Positions 16,548-26,055 of a stretch of DNA of 57,490 bases are shown piece after piece (position 1 is the stretch's first letter; the number at the start of each line of letters is the position of its first letter). Made by a program: the position numbers and the translations under genes. The stretch comes from a virus (taxonomy: Duplodnaviria; Caudoviricetes): positions 1-57,490 of the IMG/VR virus record IMGVR_UViG_3300042988_000148; one strand, given 5' to 3'. Under the pieces are notes generated by a model, which was not told the origin of the DNA, ran no database searches, and saw nothing but the letters and a program-made list of their open reading frames with translations.

Positions 16548-18464
16548 TTAGCGAATAGGGCATGCACCAGAAGCGCATTCACTATCGTCCAAGCCAATGT
16601 TGGCCTCTTCAATCGATGTGATCAACTGAGTGCTGGCAACCATAGCATTGTACTGCTCTTCAGTGATCTCTTCCAGAGGTGCCTGCTTAAAGCCGTGTTC
16701 ACTGTGCAGCAAGAAAGACAAGCTCTTATGACTGTTCTTGTAATGCTTCTTCAGATACTTACGAATCTCAGGCAACTCTTCCTTGCGGTAGTAGACAGTG
16801 CAGCTAACGCTGTTGTCGCTCCACACTTCTTGCAACCACTTCACAGTTTTGAGTTGATCAATGGCGGTCATATCCTTAGCTAACACCGCATTGTCAGGAT
16901 GTTTGAATGGGAACGACACCACCACTGTGGAATGGTCTTCGCTACCGTCAAAGTTCTGTTGATATTCAACAGGATATCCGTGATCACGACACACCTGCAC
17001 CAAGCTGTGATTGGCAGCGATGCGGATACGACGAATCATATGACGAGCATAGGCAGGGTGGCAACCGGGAGTGACACCGGGCAACAGCGACAGAGTGCCA
17101 GATGGCTTCACCGTTGTCAGCTTCACAGACTTATTGAAGCCATGCTTCTGGCTGTACCATTGATCGAAGTTACGCAGCTTCTTGTACGTTGCATCAAGCC
17201 AGCTCTTTTGTTCTGACGTTGCTTGCAGCACACCGGTGATACCAATACCCATGCGCATGTTCTCATGAACGATTGCCTCAGTAGATTTCAAATGGCAAGG
17301 TAGTGCAAGACTGTGTTTGTTGATTCGATACAGCAATGCCGCAAGTTCATACAACTCATTCTCACTGGCGATGTTAGGCAGATAGATTTCTGCAAGGCAA
17401 CATGTTTCTTTATCGGCAAGACTCTGCTCAGCACAGGGGTTGTAACCCATGACGTTTGGATCAGGGTACTGAGTCTCGCCCAAGCGACCAATCTTACGCG
17501 ACAACTCCAAGTTGATCAATCCATAGGGCTCACCCTTGCCTTCATAGCCATCCCAAAAGAAGTCATGCAGATCAGAGATGTCATTGCAAACAACAGAGTT
17601 GTTCGACATAGCTCGCCATGATGGAATGTTACCCAAGTCCCAGCGCTTAGCCAGCAAATATTCAACATCGTTTGCATCACCAATGGCGATCTGTGCAGAG
17701 CGACGAACGTTACCGGCAACAACAATAGAGCCGATGATGTTCATGATGTCAAGGCAATCGATTGGGCGCAGTTGTTTGCCTGCTCGTTTCTCCAGCACAG
17801 TGGAGATTTTGTTGATGCCGTCACACAGATCTTCGGGACCAGATGCAACACCACCAAAGCCTTTGATTGCAGCACCCTTGCCGCGAATCAGCTGTGTGCT
17901 GTAGGTGAAGGTGGCGGTCTTGCTTGTATCGCTCAACAGCGCCGCTTTAAGCGTTTTACCGAGTAGCTTAACCCAGCCCTCACGGCTATCGGGAACAATA
18001 AAATCAGCGTCAGCATTGTCGCTACGAGTAGGACGTACAAAATTAGGATTGACTGGAGGAATTTTTCTAACGTTTTCATTCTGGATGTTATAGCCTACAC
18101 CGCTACCTAGCATCAACAAATCCATAGCCCATGTGAATGGCTCAACTGGTTTATCCACCACAGTGAAGGCGCAGTTTTGCAGACTAGACAGACCCAAACG
18201 GTCAACGGTGGGTGTACCAAGCTGCCACAAGAATCGACCAGCAACAGTACCTTTCAGCTGCAACATGTAGTTGCGAAGCTTTGCTTGCTCCTCTTCGGTG
18301 AAGCCGCAACCAAGCTGCTCATTAGAGGCGGCAATGACACGATTGATTGTGTCTTCGAACTCCTCAGTTGGACCGTTCAATTGGCTGTCATCAAAGCGTC
18401 GAGAATATGTACGCTTATAAGTAATGTAACCAATGGTTGACCAAGGAATGATTGTGTTACTCAT
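16548..18464 (-). CDS. nrdJ: Class II (adenosylcobalamin-dependent) ribonucleotide reductase
   Basis: YKRTYSR, NCAF, VAGNVRRSA, NPCAEQ (thiyl Cys), TTVKPSGT and C-terminal CASGACP. No beta subunit gene nearby. Confidence 0.95.
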   Translation of the reverse strand: MSNTIIPWSTIGYITYKRTYSRRFDDSQLNGPTEEFEDTINRVIAASNEQLGCGFTEEEQAKLRNYMLQLKGTVAGRFLWQLGTPTVDRLGLSSLQNCAFTVVDKPVEPFTWAMDLLMLGSGVGYNIQNENVRKIPPVNPNFVRPTRSDNADADFIVPDSREGWVKLLGKTLKAALLSDTSKTATFTYSTQLIRGKGAAIKGFGGVASGPEDLCDGINKISTVLEKRAGKQLRPIDCLDIMNIIGSIVVAGNVRRSAQIAIGDANDVEYLLAKRWDLGNIPSWRAMSNNSVVCNDISDLHDFFWDGYEGKGEPYGLINLELSRKIGRLGETQYPDPNVMGYNPCAEQSLADKETCCLAEIYLPNIASENELYELAALLYRINKHSLALPCHLKSTEAIVHENMRMGIGITGVLQATSEQKSWLDATYKKLRNFDQWYSQKHGFNKSVKLTTVKPSGTLSLLPGVTPGCHPAYARHMIRRIRIAANHSLVQVCRDHGYPVEYQQNFDGSEDHSTVVVSFPFKHPDNAVLAKDMTAIDQLKTVKWLQEVWSDNSVSCTVYYRKEELPEIRKYLKKHYKNSHKSLSFLLHSEHGFKQAPLEEITEEQYNAMVASTQLITSIEEANIGLDDSECASGACPIR

Positions 18465-18490
18465 TTATATTTACTTTCTGTTAAGTGATG

Positions 18491-18511
18491 AAAAAGGGAG
18501 CCGAAGCTCCC
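18491..18511 (-). terminator. Rho-independent terminator-like hairpin upstream of nrdJ
   Basis: Minus strand GGGAGC-TTCG-GCTCCC-TTTTT. Confidence 0.7.
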
Positions 18512-18544
18512 GAGGAAAAACGCGGACGGTAGTTATATCTTACA

Positions 18545-18859
18545 TCAGCGATTGTCGCCTGATCCTTGAAGCATGTCACGTTGTTTTCGTGACCACAACT
18601 TCTGCAGATTTGATTGACAAATTTCAGACATAGACAATCCATTGTCCTTAGCAACTGCGGCAACCTGCCACAGGATGTCACCAAGTTCTTTCTTCATGTC
18701 TTGTTTGTAAACGTCAACATCTCCACCGTCACGGATACGCTTTGCTGCCTTGCCACAAGTCTCACCGGTTTCGGCGGCAAGATTGAGTAGAGCATACATC
18801 GCGTCTGCGGTGGGCAAACGAAGCTTCATTGCTTCTTCTTGATAGACATCAATGTTCAT
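18545..18859 (-). CDS. MazG-like nucleotide pyrophosphohydrolase
   Basis: LAAETGE...KELGDILW...N-x2-KL-x2-R...GSGDNR. Confidence 0.9.
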   Translation of the reverse strand: MNIDVYQEEAMKLRLPTADAMYALLNLAAETGETCGKAAKRIRDGGDVDVYKQDMKKELGDILWQVAAVAKDNGLSMSEICQSNLQKLWSRKQRDMLQGSGDNR

Positions 18860-19017
18860 TTCTTTTTCACGTAGTAAGTAGCTATGGAAAACAACACAGT
18901 AATCATCATCACTGCGTCAACAATCATTGGTGACACTACCCACCACCACGACCAATCGATGAAGTTCATCAGCTTCAGAGCAATGAACAACAGAGTGAGT
19001 ACAGATAGAAAGCCCAT
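18856..19017 (-). CDS. Small two-TM membrane protein, 53 aa (not in ORF track)
   Basis: MGFLSVLTLLFIALKLMNFIDWSWWWVVSPMIV..., a common phage LKL-x3-I-x-WSWWWV-x2-P family. Overlaps both neighbours. Confidence 0.75.
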   Translation of the reverse strand: MGFLSVLTLLFIALKLMNFIDWSWWWVVSPMIVDAVMMITVLFSIATYYVKKK

Positions 19018-19904
19018 TAGAACAATTCCTTTTTCAGTTCTTTAATCTTCGCTGTCACATAGTGCGACAACACCTTGAAGTCAACCTTTGGATTCTTAAA
19101 CTCCTTGATGAAGTTCCAAGTTTCTTCAGTGACTACGTCATAGTATACAGTATGAATGAGACGAGGAATATACTTCGACGACCATCCATCCATTTCGTTG
19201 ACGATCTTTGCCTGCACCTTATCGACCAATGCTTGCGTCACATACCGAGCAGCAATCTTCTCTTCAATGATTTCACCACCAATGATGGGCGCACCCATAG
19301 CAAGGTGATGTTTAGCTTTGAATTCGTTGGCAACAATCTTGGCCCAAGTCTGACGACCATATCGGTTCTTGTAGTCGTAGTTCTTGATGACAACACCCTC
19401 ACCAGCGCCTTCACCGTCCTTCACCAAGTAGTGTGCCTTGCTCAGACACTCGGTGAAGTGGTCTATGCTGCCGTTCTTGATGATGGCAATGGGGGCAATG
19501 ACGTTGATGCCAGCAGCAATGAGCGGTGCTGAGTATTCGTCATAGCTAAGCAGTCGTTCTTTCTTGCGGTCAAAGACATCGAACACATAGAACTTACGCC
19601 ACGCATCATCGTTGTAGGTCTTCAGTGTATGCGGCACAAGCCATTCACCGTAGAGGATGAGGTTGCGTTCATTGTTCAGAAAACTAGTGATGGCTTTATC
19701 AATCACCATAGCGTTCATGAAACCAGCGTTGTCGTTGTCTAGTGCAAGCTCACGATTGCGACTACCTGCTTTGACACCATCACCCCACCAGACACTACCA
19801 TTGGTACCGTCCAGCTTAGGAAAGATGTAGCATGTACCAACCTCAATGCCTTCCACTTCGGTGTTGCCGTAGCGTTCGAGGTGTTGATATTTTAGGAAGC
19901 TCAT
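19017..19904 (-). CDS. ATP-dependent RNA ligase (Rnl2-like)
   Basis: Nucleotidyltransferase motifs KLDGTN, LYGEW, FYVFDV, EGVVIK and AKIV. Confidence 0.8.
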   Translation of the reverse strand: MSFLKYQHLERYGNTEVEGIEVGTCYIFPKLDGTNGSVWWGDGVKAGSRNRELALDNDNAGFMNAMVIDKAITSFLNNERNLILYGEWLVPHTLKTYNDDAWRKFYVFDVFDRKKERLLSYDEYSAPLIAAGINVIAPIAIIKNGSIDHFTECLSKAHYLVKDGEGAGEGVVIKNYDYKNRYGRQTWAKIVANEFKAKHHLAMGAPIIGGEIIEEKIAARYVTQALVDKVQAKIVNEMDGWSSKYIPRLIHTVYYDVVTEETWNFIKEFKNPKVDFKVLSHYVTAKIKELKKELF

Positions 19905-20263
19905 TTCTTTTTCCTTTCAAGTTTCTCTTGATCAGTTTTGATTTTATGACAAGGCTTGCATAGAGTTTTCAAATTATCTTGATCACAAAATAATCTGTCA
20001 ATGTAGGTGTTCCAGTCTACAAATCCTGTCGCTGTATCAACAACAGGATTTGTATGATCGACTTGAACATCCGCACTTACAAACTGACCGTGACAAGCTG
20101 CACACTCGTAATGATAAGCTAATTTGCCTGTTTTAGCATTCACCTTTCTACCAACTAATGCATTCTTCAGCGCGTCAAACTTTGGAGGATAACGCCTAGA
20201 TGCATTGCGTAACGCAGATATGATGAATGATTTTCTAACAGCATCGGTCCATTTACGTTTCAA
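19901..20263 (-). CDS. HNH endonuclease
   Basis: CxxC...VQVDH...NLKTLCKPCH. Confidence 0.85.
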   Translation of the reverse strand: MKRKWTDAVRKSFIISALRNASRRYPPKFDALKNALVGRKVNAKTGKLAYHYECAACHGQFVSADVQVDHTNPVVDTATGFVDWNTYIDRLFCDQDNLKTLCKPCHKIKTDQEKLERKKK

Positions 20264-20774
20264 GGTGTTCCTTCTTTGCTTTCATGTATGTTACATGCGC
20301 CTCAGATGGGGTGTCAAATGTCCCCAAGTATAGTAGCTCATCACGAACCCTCAACCGTGCAACATATCTATTACCAGAAACACTAACTCCTAAAAATCCA
20401 CAGGAGTTATTCTTGTGTGCTTTCTTTTTGTTGTACATGTTAATGGTCTGAGGAACATCCCTTAGGTTACTAAACTTGTTATTCAGTTTGTCACAATCAA
20501 TGTGATCAATCTGACCTTTAGGCCACTCCTTTGTTACATAAAACCAAGCAAGTCTATGTGCTTTGTAGCGCACATAGTCAATACTGATTCGACAATATCC
20601 TTTGTTGTCAATGGAACCAGCACAGCCTTGTGTTTTATTCCACATGAATATACCAGTGTTAGGATCGTAAGTGACGAGAGTTAGTAACCTCTCGTGTGTT
20701 ACGTTGTTGTTTGTATTACGCCTTGTGTTATCGGTCACGTGGTACAGCTTCGTAAGCAAGATGACCCAAGTCAA
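20253..20774 (-). CDS. HNH homing endonuclease with AP2-like C-terminus (start uncertain)
   Basis: YDPNTGIF, AHRLAW, IDHIDCDKLNN...NLR and YLGTFDT-x2-EAH. Confidence 0.85.
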   Translation of the reverse strand: MTWVILLTKLYHVTDNTRRNTNNNVTHERLLTLVTYDPNTGIFMWNKTQGCAGSIDNKGYCRISIDYVRYKAHRLAWFYVTKEWPKGQIDHIDCDKLNNKFSNLRDVPQTINMYNKKKAHKNNSCGFLGVSVSGNRYVARLRVRDELLYLGTFDTPSEAHVTYMKAKKEHLET

Positions 20775-20916
20775 TTGGGTCTGGATTGGTTAGGACGGTT
20801 TCAATAATGGCGCACACATCACCAACATCAAGGGCAACATAGTAATAGCTAAGGTCATCGCTTTCCTTAACATTCACCACAAACCCGTTCTCTGCATTAG
20901 TAACAATAATGTTCAT
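20728..20916 (-). CDS. Hypothetical protein
   Basis: Coupled ORF with GGAGG SD. Confidence 0.6.
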   Translation of the reverse strand: MNIIVTNAENGFVVNVKESDDLSYYYVALDVGDVCAIIETVLTNPDPIDLGHLAYEAVPRDR

Positions 20917-21086
20917 TCACAACCCTCCACATCAACCTTACTGAACGTCACATCAGCATCGAGTCGATCCATCGCATAGTTGATATGCTCTTTAATCGCT
21001 TCGACCAGATAGTCTTCATTGTTGTATTCAATACCGAGATCATCAACATCAATCTCGGCTTCAAAGGTAACAACCACTTTAGTCAT
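20913..21086 (-). CDS. Hypothetical protein, 57 aa (not in ORF track)
   Basis: MTKVVVTFEAEIDVDDLGIEYNNEDYLVEAIKEH... with AGGAG SD. Fills the gap, overlapping both neighbours. Confidence 0.65.
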   Translation of the reverse strand: MTKVVVTFEAEIDVDDLGIEYNNEDYLVEAIKEHINYAMDRLDADVTFSKVDVEGCE

Positions 21087-21594
21087 TATGTTCTCCTACC
21101 TCAAAGGCCAGTAAGTATAGCAGGCAACAGATAGCGTGAGCAAGATGACTCTTACCAGTTTCACTATCGAGCTTTTCACCACCAGCATAGGCAGTGAAGT
21201 GTCTAAATCCCGCATCGATGTATCGTTGTTTTGCATTAGGAACCTTCTTCCAGTTATCAGGCGCATACTTCTTTGCGCCATAGGTCAACACATCCACCAC
21301 TTCTCGCAAAGCTTTGAAGGGTAGCAACGACCACTGTGGTTTGCCGCTATCGAACTTGATGCCAGTAGCACCAGCAATTACACCTGTGTCGATGCGCCGC
21401 TGTTCAACTCCCGTGAAAGCCACATCTCGCGGATCATATTGCAGACGAGCAGCCATGTTCTCACCGTGGTTGTCAATGTTCTTGAACACATCTCTCGACA
21501 CCCACTTACTATACTCAACACAGCTAACACAGACAGGATTTTCAAAACCATCTAGTGTCTTTCCAGCATTGAAGCAAGTGTTACATGTTTTCAT
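21079..21594 (-). CDS. dATP/dGTP diphosphohydrolase-domain (DUF5664-like) protein with N-terminal CxxC...CxxC
   Basis: KFDSGKP-x2-SLLP...GAKKY-x-PDNW...RH...DSETG-x-SHLAHA. Confidence 0.85.
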   Translation of the reverse strand: MKTCNTCFNAGKTLDGFENPVCVSCVEYSKWVSRDVFKNIDNHGENMAARLQYDPRDVAFTGVEQRRIDTGVIAGATGIKFDSGKPQWSLLPFKALREVVDVLTYGAKKYAPDNWKKVPNAKQRYIDAGFRHFTAYAGGEKLDSETGKSHLAHAICCLLYLLAFEVGEHND

Positions 21595-21926
21595 TGAATG
21601 CCTCCAACAGTTTTGGTGTCCTCTGTTAATGCTTCAGTCTTTGTCTGATCAACAACCACTTCGTTCATCAACACATAGCCACCATCTTCATAGATCTCCT
21701 CACACTTCTTCATCAGCAACTCTGTGAAGGGTTTGCTTTCTTCCATCAAAGGGACGGCAGACGCAAGCAAGCTAGCGATGCTAACCAATGTTCTGATTTC
21801 TTCTTGAGGCAGTGTGATTGGTCCAACAACACTGACCATCAATTCAAAGTCACCATTACATGTACCGTCTTTGATGACTGGTCGCAACACTACAGCGACA
21901 TCGTTTGGGTTAAAGGGGGTTGCCAT
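21591..21926 (-). CDS. Hypothetical protein
   Basis: ORF within the replication operon, with AAGGA SD. Confidence 0.65.
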   Translation of the reverse strand: MATPFNPNDVAVVLRPVIKDGTCNGDFELMVSVVGPITLPQEEIRTLVSIASLLASAVPLMEESKPFTELLMKKCEEIYEDGGYVLMNEVVVDQTKTEALTEDTKTVGGIQ

Positions 21927-22603
21927 GTTTGTCCTTCGTGTCTTCGTAAAAAAAGTAGACGGGCATTCTCAATTACCCTGTCTTCGTTACCATCATAGGC
22001 AAGTACACAACGGTGATACAACTCAGCTTCATCAACAGCATCAGTCAACATTTTTCGTGCCTTCACGTTTCCTGTGCCGTGCAATCCAATGATGTTATCT
22101 GCAGTGTCACCAGTGAGTATCTGCATATAGAACCTCAACATCCCTTCTTCAGGGGTGATGTAGTAGGACTCTTTCTTGACAAAGTTGTAGTGATATCCCG
22201 CAACCTGATCTAAGTCTTTGTCCAACGAAACAATGACGCAATCGTCACCAAGCTTTGTAGCTTCAATGGCAATTGCGTCATCTGCTTCTTGTCCTTCAGC
22301 GACAACAGCGTCCCATTCCTTAATCATATGCTCACGTAATGCAGGCAGATGTTCAGGCTTAGGAGCCACCCTGTTTCCCTTGTAGACCGCTGTTGTCGCA
22401 ATTGCCTCACGGAAGTTTCCTTTACCAGTGAGAAACAATTGCCAACGATCTACAAAGCAACCGGGGTAGGCGTTGTCTACTCCACACATAAGGATGTCGG
22501 TGATGTAACTATCCAAGCGATACTTGGCAATCTTCTCATCTTCATCCTTACATGCAAAAGCTATGCGATAACCCAGTATGTCTGAGTCAAGCAATGCTTT
22601 CAT
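21890..22603 (-). CDS. 5'-3' exonuclease (T7 gp6-like)
   Basis: LLDSD, NFR, YKGNR, EADD, DKDL and GDTADNI-x-G. Confidence 0.95.
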   Translation of the reverse strand: MKALLDSDILGYRIAFACKDEDEKIAKYRLDSYITDILMCGVDNAYPGCFVDRWQLFLTGKGNFREAIATTAVYKGNRVAPKPEHLPALREHMIKEWDAVVAEGQEADDAIAIEATKLGDDCVIVSLDKDLDQVAGYHYNFVKKESYYITPEEGMLRFYMQILTGDTADNIIGLHGTGNVKARKMLTDAVDEAELYHRCVLAYDGNEDRVIENARLLFLRRHEGQTWQPPLTQTMSL

Positions 22604-22788
22604 CAGTCACTCAAGCCAGCAGACTCTGTAGCTTCAGCTTTAGCAGCAGCCTGTGCAGCATCAAACTGAGGTGCTGCCTGTTGCTGAATAACATTGATGT
22701 GTTGTGCAGCAAACTCATAAGGCAATTTGCCAAGAGCGGTCAAGCAAGCATTGACTGTATCGAGATGGAGGTCTAGTTTAATTTGCAT
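22603..22788 (-). CDS. Hypothetical protein
   Basis: AAGGA SD, ALGKLPY motif. Confidence 0.65.
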   Translation of the reverse strand: MQIKLDLHLDTVNACLTALGKLPYEFAAQHINVIQQQAAPQFDAAQAAAKAEATESAGLSD

Positions 22789-22806
22789 AATGTTTCCTTT
22801 GTTGTA

Positions 22807-23217
22807 TTACAGAACGTCTTCGTCGTCAGCAGAGATGTTGCTATCACTACCATACGCAACCAAGTCGGTGATGACCAACTTAGCAAGTGAAGGGCTAACG
22901 CCTTTCTTATTCTTGTAGGTCCAGCTATAAGCACCAACCAGACAGACAGCTTTGCTGCCGTTACCAATGTCTTCGACAATGTCGATGCCATCAGTATCAA
23001 ACGCCTTGATTGGTTTCTGAGACTTGCAAGTAATGTACTTACCTTGCTCTGGTTTATTTTCGGCATTCTCCTGAACAGAGATACCCATGTCTTCCAGTGC
23101 CGCTACAGCTTTGTCAGACAGATTACACAGATCAATGGTGTACGCATCAGCCATCTCATTCTTACGATTGATTTGTGCCCAATACACATCAGCTTTGATT
23201 TTCAACTTATCACTCAT
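22807..23217 (-). CDS. Single-stranded DNA-binding protein (T7 gp2.5-like)
   Basis: ATG at 23217 with AAGGA SD, IGNGS motif and acidic C-tail (ADDEDVL). Lies between polymerase and exonuclease. Confidence 0.75.
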   Translation of the reverse strand: MSDKLKIKADVYWAQINRKNEMADAYTIDLCNLSDKAVAALEDMGISVQENAENKPEQGKYITCKSQKPIKAFDTDGIDIVEDIGNGSKAVCLVGAYSWTYKNKKGVSPSLAKLVITDLVAYGSDSNISADDEDVL

Positions 23218-23276
23218 TTGAGTTTCCTTCGGTTTAATGCTGACCAATTTAACAGGGGTCAGCTTCCTGCATAGCG

Positions 23277-25346
23277 TCATTGTATCACTAGCTTTGCAGC
23301 AGCGTCAATGTAGTATTGATGATCAAGATCTTTCCATGTGAAGTCATTGATATCGTTGCATGTCCACATACCGTAGCCTTCACCAATACCTATACGGCGT
23401 GGCTCAGCTTCTTCCTTCAGAGGTGGCATCACTTTGACAAGGCTACCACCGGCATTGCATGCATAGAACCTGCACATATTCTGTTGAACAACCTCGGTGC
23501 CATCAGCCATAACCATGACAAGCTTACTGCTGCGTGGCACTTTAACACGCAGCATAAAGTCATACATGTTCTTATGACCCTTGACATATACATCAAGAGG
23601 AATGCCGTGAAGCATTGCAGCCTCAGCAGCTTTTGGAATGATGAGCCCACCTTGATCTTGATGCCAACCCAAGTCTTCGTACTGATACGCACCCTTGCGT
23701 TTCACCTTACCATTGGTATACACAGCAATGTAGTTGTTCACATCACGGATGATCATCTTGGAATACTCAGCATACTCAAGCTGCAAACCAACTTGTCTCT
23801 GCCAAGCATCACAAATGTTGATGTAATCATCGTGCTTACTGCGTGGCAGCTTCACAGTGATACCGTCAGTGTTGACCTGCACAATGGACAAGCCTTCAAT
23901 ATCCATTAGCTTCTCAGCCAACAGACACAGACTAAGCTGACCGTTGATGGTGATTGACATCGTATACTGAGGGTCATAGAAGGGACTGTACCGGTTGTTG
24001 CTATCACCGTACACACCGTTCAATGCTAGCTTCAGCATGGCATTCTCAGCACTACCTTTAGGGTAGCTCTTGCGCTGATTGTATACATCCTGATAGATGT
24101 CACAGAACTTCTCAGACAAGTGCTCGGGATAGACACGGTTAGCAATGGCAATGTTTGGATACATCGAAGCAACGTCAGCGTCAACGATCATGTGAGTATC
24201 ACTGTCACTGACAACAGCGCTTTCGATAGACCCGTGAATGCCACCAGTGCCAAAGTCGAAACGAAAGCCATTGATCACAACGTTCAAGTTGGTAGCAACT
24301 CTCCAGTTCTTCCAATAGCTATACTGCTTCTCACCCTTCTTCTTAGCCTTCAGCTCTTCCTCTGATACCCACCCCATTGGATGCTGTTCTTTGAACAAGG
24401 CAACAACATCATCGCTTGGCTTGTTGAACCACTTCTGACGCTTTGTCACCATCTCAGCATAGGCAGCTAAGTCACCGAGGTCATGCTCTTCAATGTCCGA
24501 CAACGCGCCCTTTGTTTCTGTCAAAGACTGTGCAGCAAACCAGTCAAGTACAAGCTTGAACTCGGGACGTTTGAAGTCGTAGTAGTTGAACAGACAGTCC
24601 TTGATGTGAATGACATCACGTTTAGTTTGGTTGAGGTGGCGCTCACCCTTCTTACCAACACGATAGCAACTACCCGGCATGTCCTCTTCAAGGCGCATGA
24701 TGAAGTAGTCTTTACCAATCTTGGTATCGTTGTGGTTGAGGAAGTTGCGGTTGTATTTCACAGACAACTCTTCACGGAACGTGATTTGTGACAGGCATTC
24801 TTTGTAGAATAACAAGGTCATCTTCACATCGTGCATGTTGTACACAAGCAACACATCCACTTCATCGTCCGTCAAATCACTGTGTGGATCATAAGGCAGA
24901 TCAACAATACTGTCGGCTTTCATATTGAACTCAAGCGCCTTCAATGATGTGGCTCGTGAGGGATTGTCGAAGTGCATGATCTTGAACAAGTCAACTTGCT
25001 GCACATAACATTGGTTATCACGAATGATGTGACCAAACCTGTCGTCGCTACCAATGATCGACTGAGCTTTCTTGTATGCACGAGTAGCAACAGCCTTACC
25101 AGATACAGTGAGGGCTTTGTCACGCACAGACAGCAGATCATGCAACACAGGGTAGTCAAAGCCTATGTTGTTGTAACCCACCATCCTGTGCTTCTTACGC
25201 TTCAGCTCGTCAAGGAAACTGAACAGCTTGTCGGCTTCATTCTTTCGATGTGAGCATTCAAACGAAACAGCATGTGACTCATCAGCGCTGATCGCTGAGA
25301 ACGTGAAGGCCGTCTTGTAAGTTTCTATGTCCCATACGTAATCCAT
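23277..25346 (-). CDS. DNA polymerase, family B type with 3'-5' exonuclease
   Basis: Exo motifs WDIET, GYNNIGFD and YNMHD. Pol motifs DVASMYP, KLALNGVYG and NTDG. Confidence 0.9.
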   Translation of the reverse strand: MDYVWDIETYKTAFTFSAISADESHAVSFECSHRKNEADKLFSFLDELKRKKHRMVGYNNIGFDYPVLHDLLSVRDKALTVSGKAVATRAYKKAQSIIGSDDRFGHIIRDNQCYVQQVDLFKIMHFDNPSRATSLKALEFNMKADSIVDLPYDPHSDLTDDEVDVLLVYNMHDVKMTLLFYKECLSQITFREELSVKYNRNFLNHNDTKIGKDYFIMRLEEDMPGSCYRVGKKGERHLNQTKRDVIHIKDCLFNYYDFKRPEFKLVLDWFAAQSLTETKGALSDIEEHDLGDLAAYAEMVTKRQKWFNKPSDDVVALFKEQHPMGWVSEEELKAKKKGEKQYSYWKNWRVATNLNVVINGFRFDFGTGGIHGSIESAVVSDSDTHMIVDADVASMYPNIAIANRVYPEHLSEKFCDIYQDVYNQRKSYPKGSAENAMLKLALNGVYGDSNNRYSPFYDPQYTMSITINGQLSLCLLAEKLMDIEGLSIVQVNTDGITVKLPRSKHDDYINICDAWQRQVGLQLEYAEYSKMIIRDVNNYIAVYTNGKVKRKGAYQYEDLGWHQDQGGLIIPKAAEAAMLHGIPLDVYVKGHKNMYDFMLRVKVPRSSKLVMVMADGTEVVQQNMCRFYACNAGGSLVKVMPPLKEEAEPRRIGIGEGYGMWTCNDINDFTWKDLDHQYYIDAAAKLVIQ

Positions 25347-25470
25347 CTTGCTGTTCCTTTTCTTCTCTCAGTCGTCGTTCAAGTTTACTTTCGCCAAAGA
25401 TGGTGCGATAGTTGTTGTCCCATTCCTTAGAGCGTGGTCGCTGGGTATGACCTTTACCACCGTCACTCAT
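25282..25470 (-). CDS. Hypothetical protein
   Basis: MSDGGKGHTQRPR...NYRTIF, a common small phage ORF. Confidence 0.55.
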   Translation of the reverse strand: MSDGGKGHTQRPRSKEWDNNYRTIFGESKLERRLREEKEQQDGLRMGHRNLQDGLHVLSDQR

Positions 25471-25581
25471 AACGATGCTCTCCAAGTCTTTGCAGATCAT
25501 CAAGCTTAGCATAAAGCTTAGCAAGCTCTACGTCACCATTGATGTAGGCTTCACGTTCAAGTTCTTTGTAGGTTTTCATGG

Positions 25582-26055
25582 TTAGTCCCAAAGGTTCTGA
25601 AAGAAAATACCAAACAGCTTAGTGCCGTTGGCAACACGCATGCGGTGTGCTTCCAACGCAGGGTAGTCACACTTGATTTGTGCAAGCTGCTCAAAGATGT
25701 CAACTTCTTCATTGACCTCAGAGTGATCAAAGAATTGGTCTTCACCGTTATCACTAACGATCTGTTCCATTGCCCAAATCATTTCATCAAGTACATAGTC
25801 CCATCGTTTGAAATGATTGTTGTCAGTGTACCACTCATTCTCTTTAAGTGGTGCTGCTGTAGAGCGAAGATGCTCTGGCACATACTCGTCAGCAATCAAT
25901 GGCGCACCATGCTTTGTGACCTTCAATTGCTTGAGCATCGGCACAATCAGCAAAGCTAACGTATGATCCATGTTCCATGAATCGTAGGGGTCGATGGTGA
26001 TTTCAACTTGACGAGGGGTGTCATCATCCGGATAGGGTCCAATATTTACTTTCAT
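25582..26055 (-). CDS. Conserved phage hypothetical protein
   Basis: IDPYDSWNMDHTLA...KHGAP...RWDYVLDEMIWA...LWD. Confidence 0.75.
   Translation of the reverse strand: MKVNIGPYPDDDTPRQVEITIDPYDSWNMDHTLALLIVPMLKQLKVTKHGAPLIADEYVPEHLRSTAAPLKENEWYTDNNHFKRWDYVLDEMIWAMEQIVSDNGEDQFFDHSEVNEEVDIFEQLAQIKCDYPALEAHRMRVANGTKLFGIFFQNLWD

Noticed and set aside
18465-18544. Cobalamin riboswitch upstream of nrdJ
   Set aside because: The gap is only about 80 nt and lacks a recognisable B12-box; only a terminator-like hairpin is present.
20253-20774. Group I intron around the HNH gene
   Set aside because: The flanking genes are intact and overlap the ORF, leaving no room for intron core elements.
18545-21594. 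MazG-like and dATP/dGTP diphosphohydrolase genes as evidence for a modified-base genome (Z or 7-deazaguanine)
   Set aside because: No purZ, queuosine-pathway, dpdA or transferase genes are visible in the window, and these hydrolases are common in unmodified phages.
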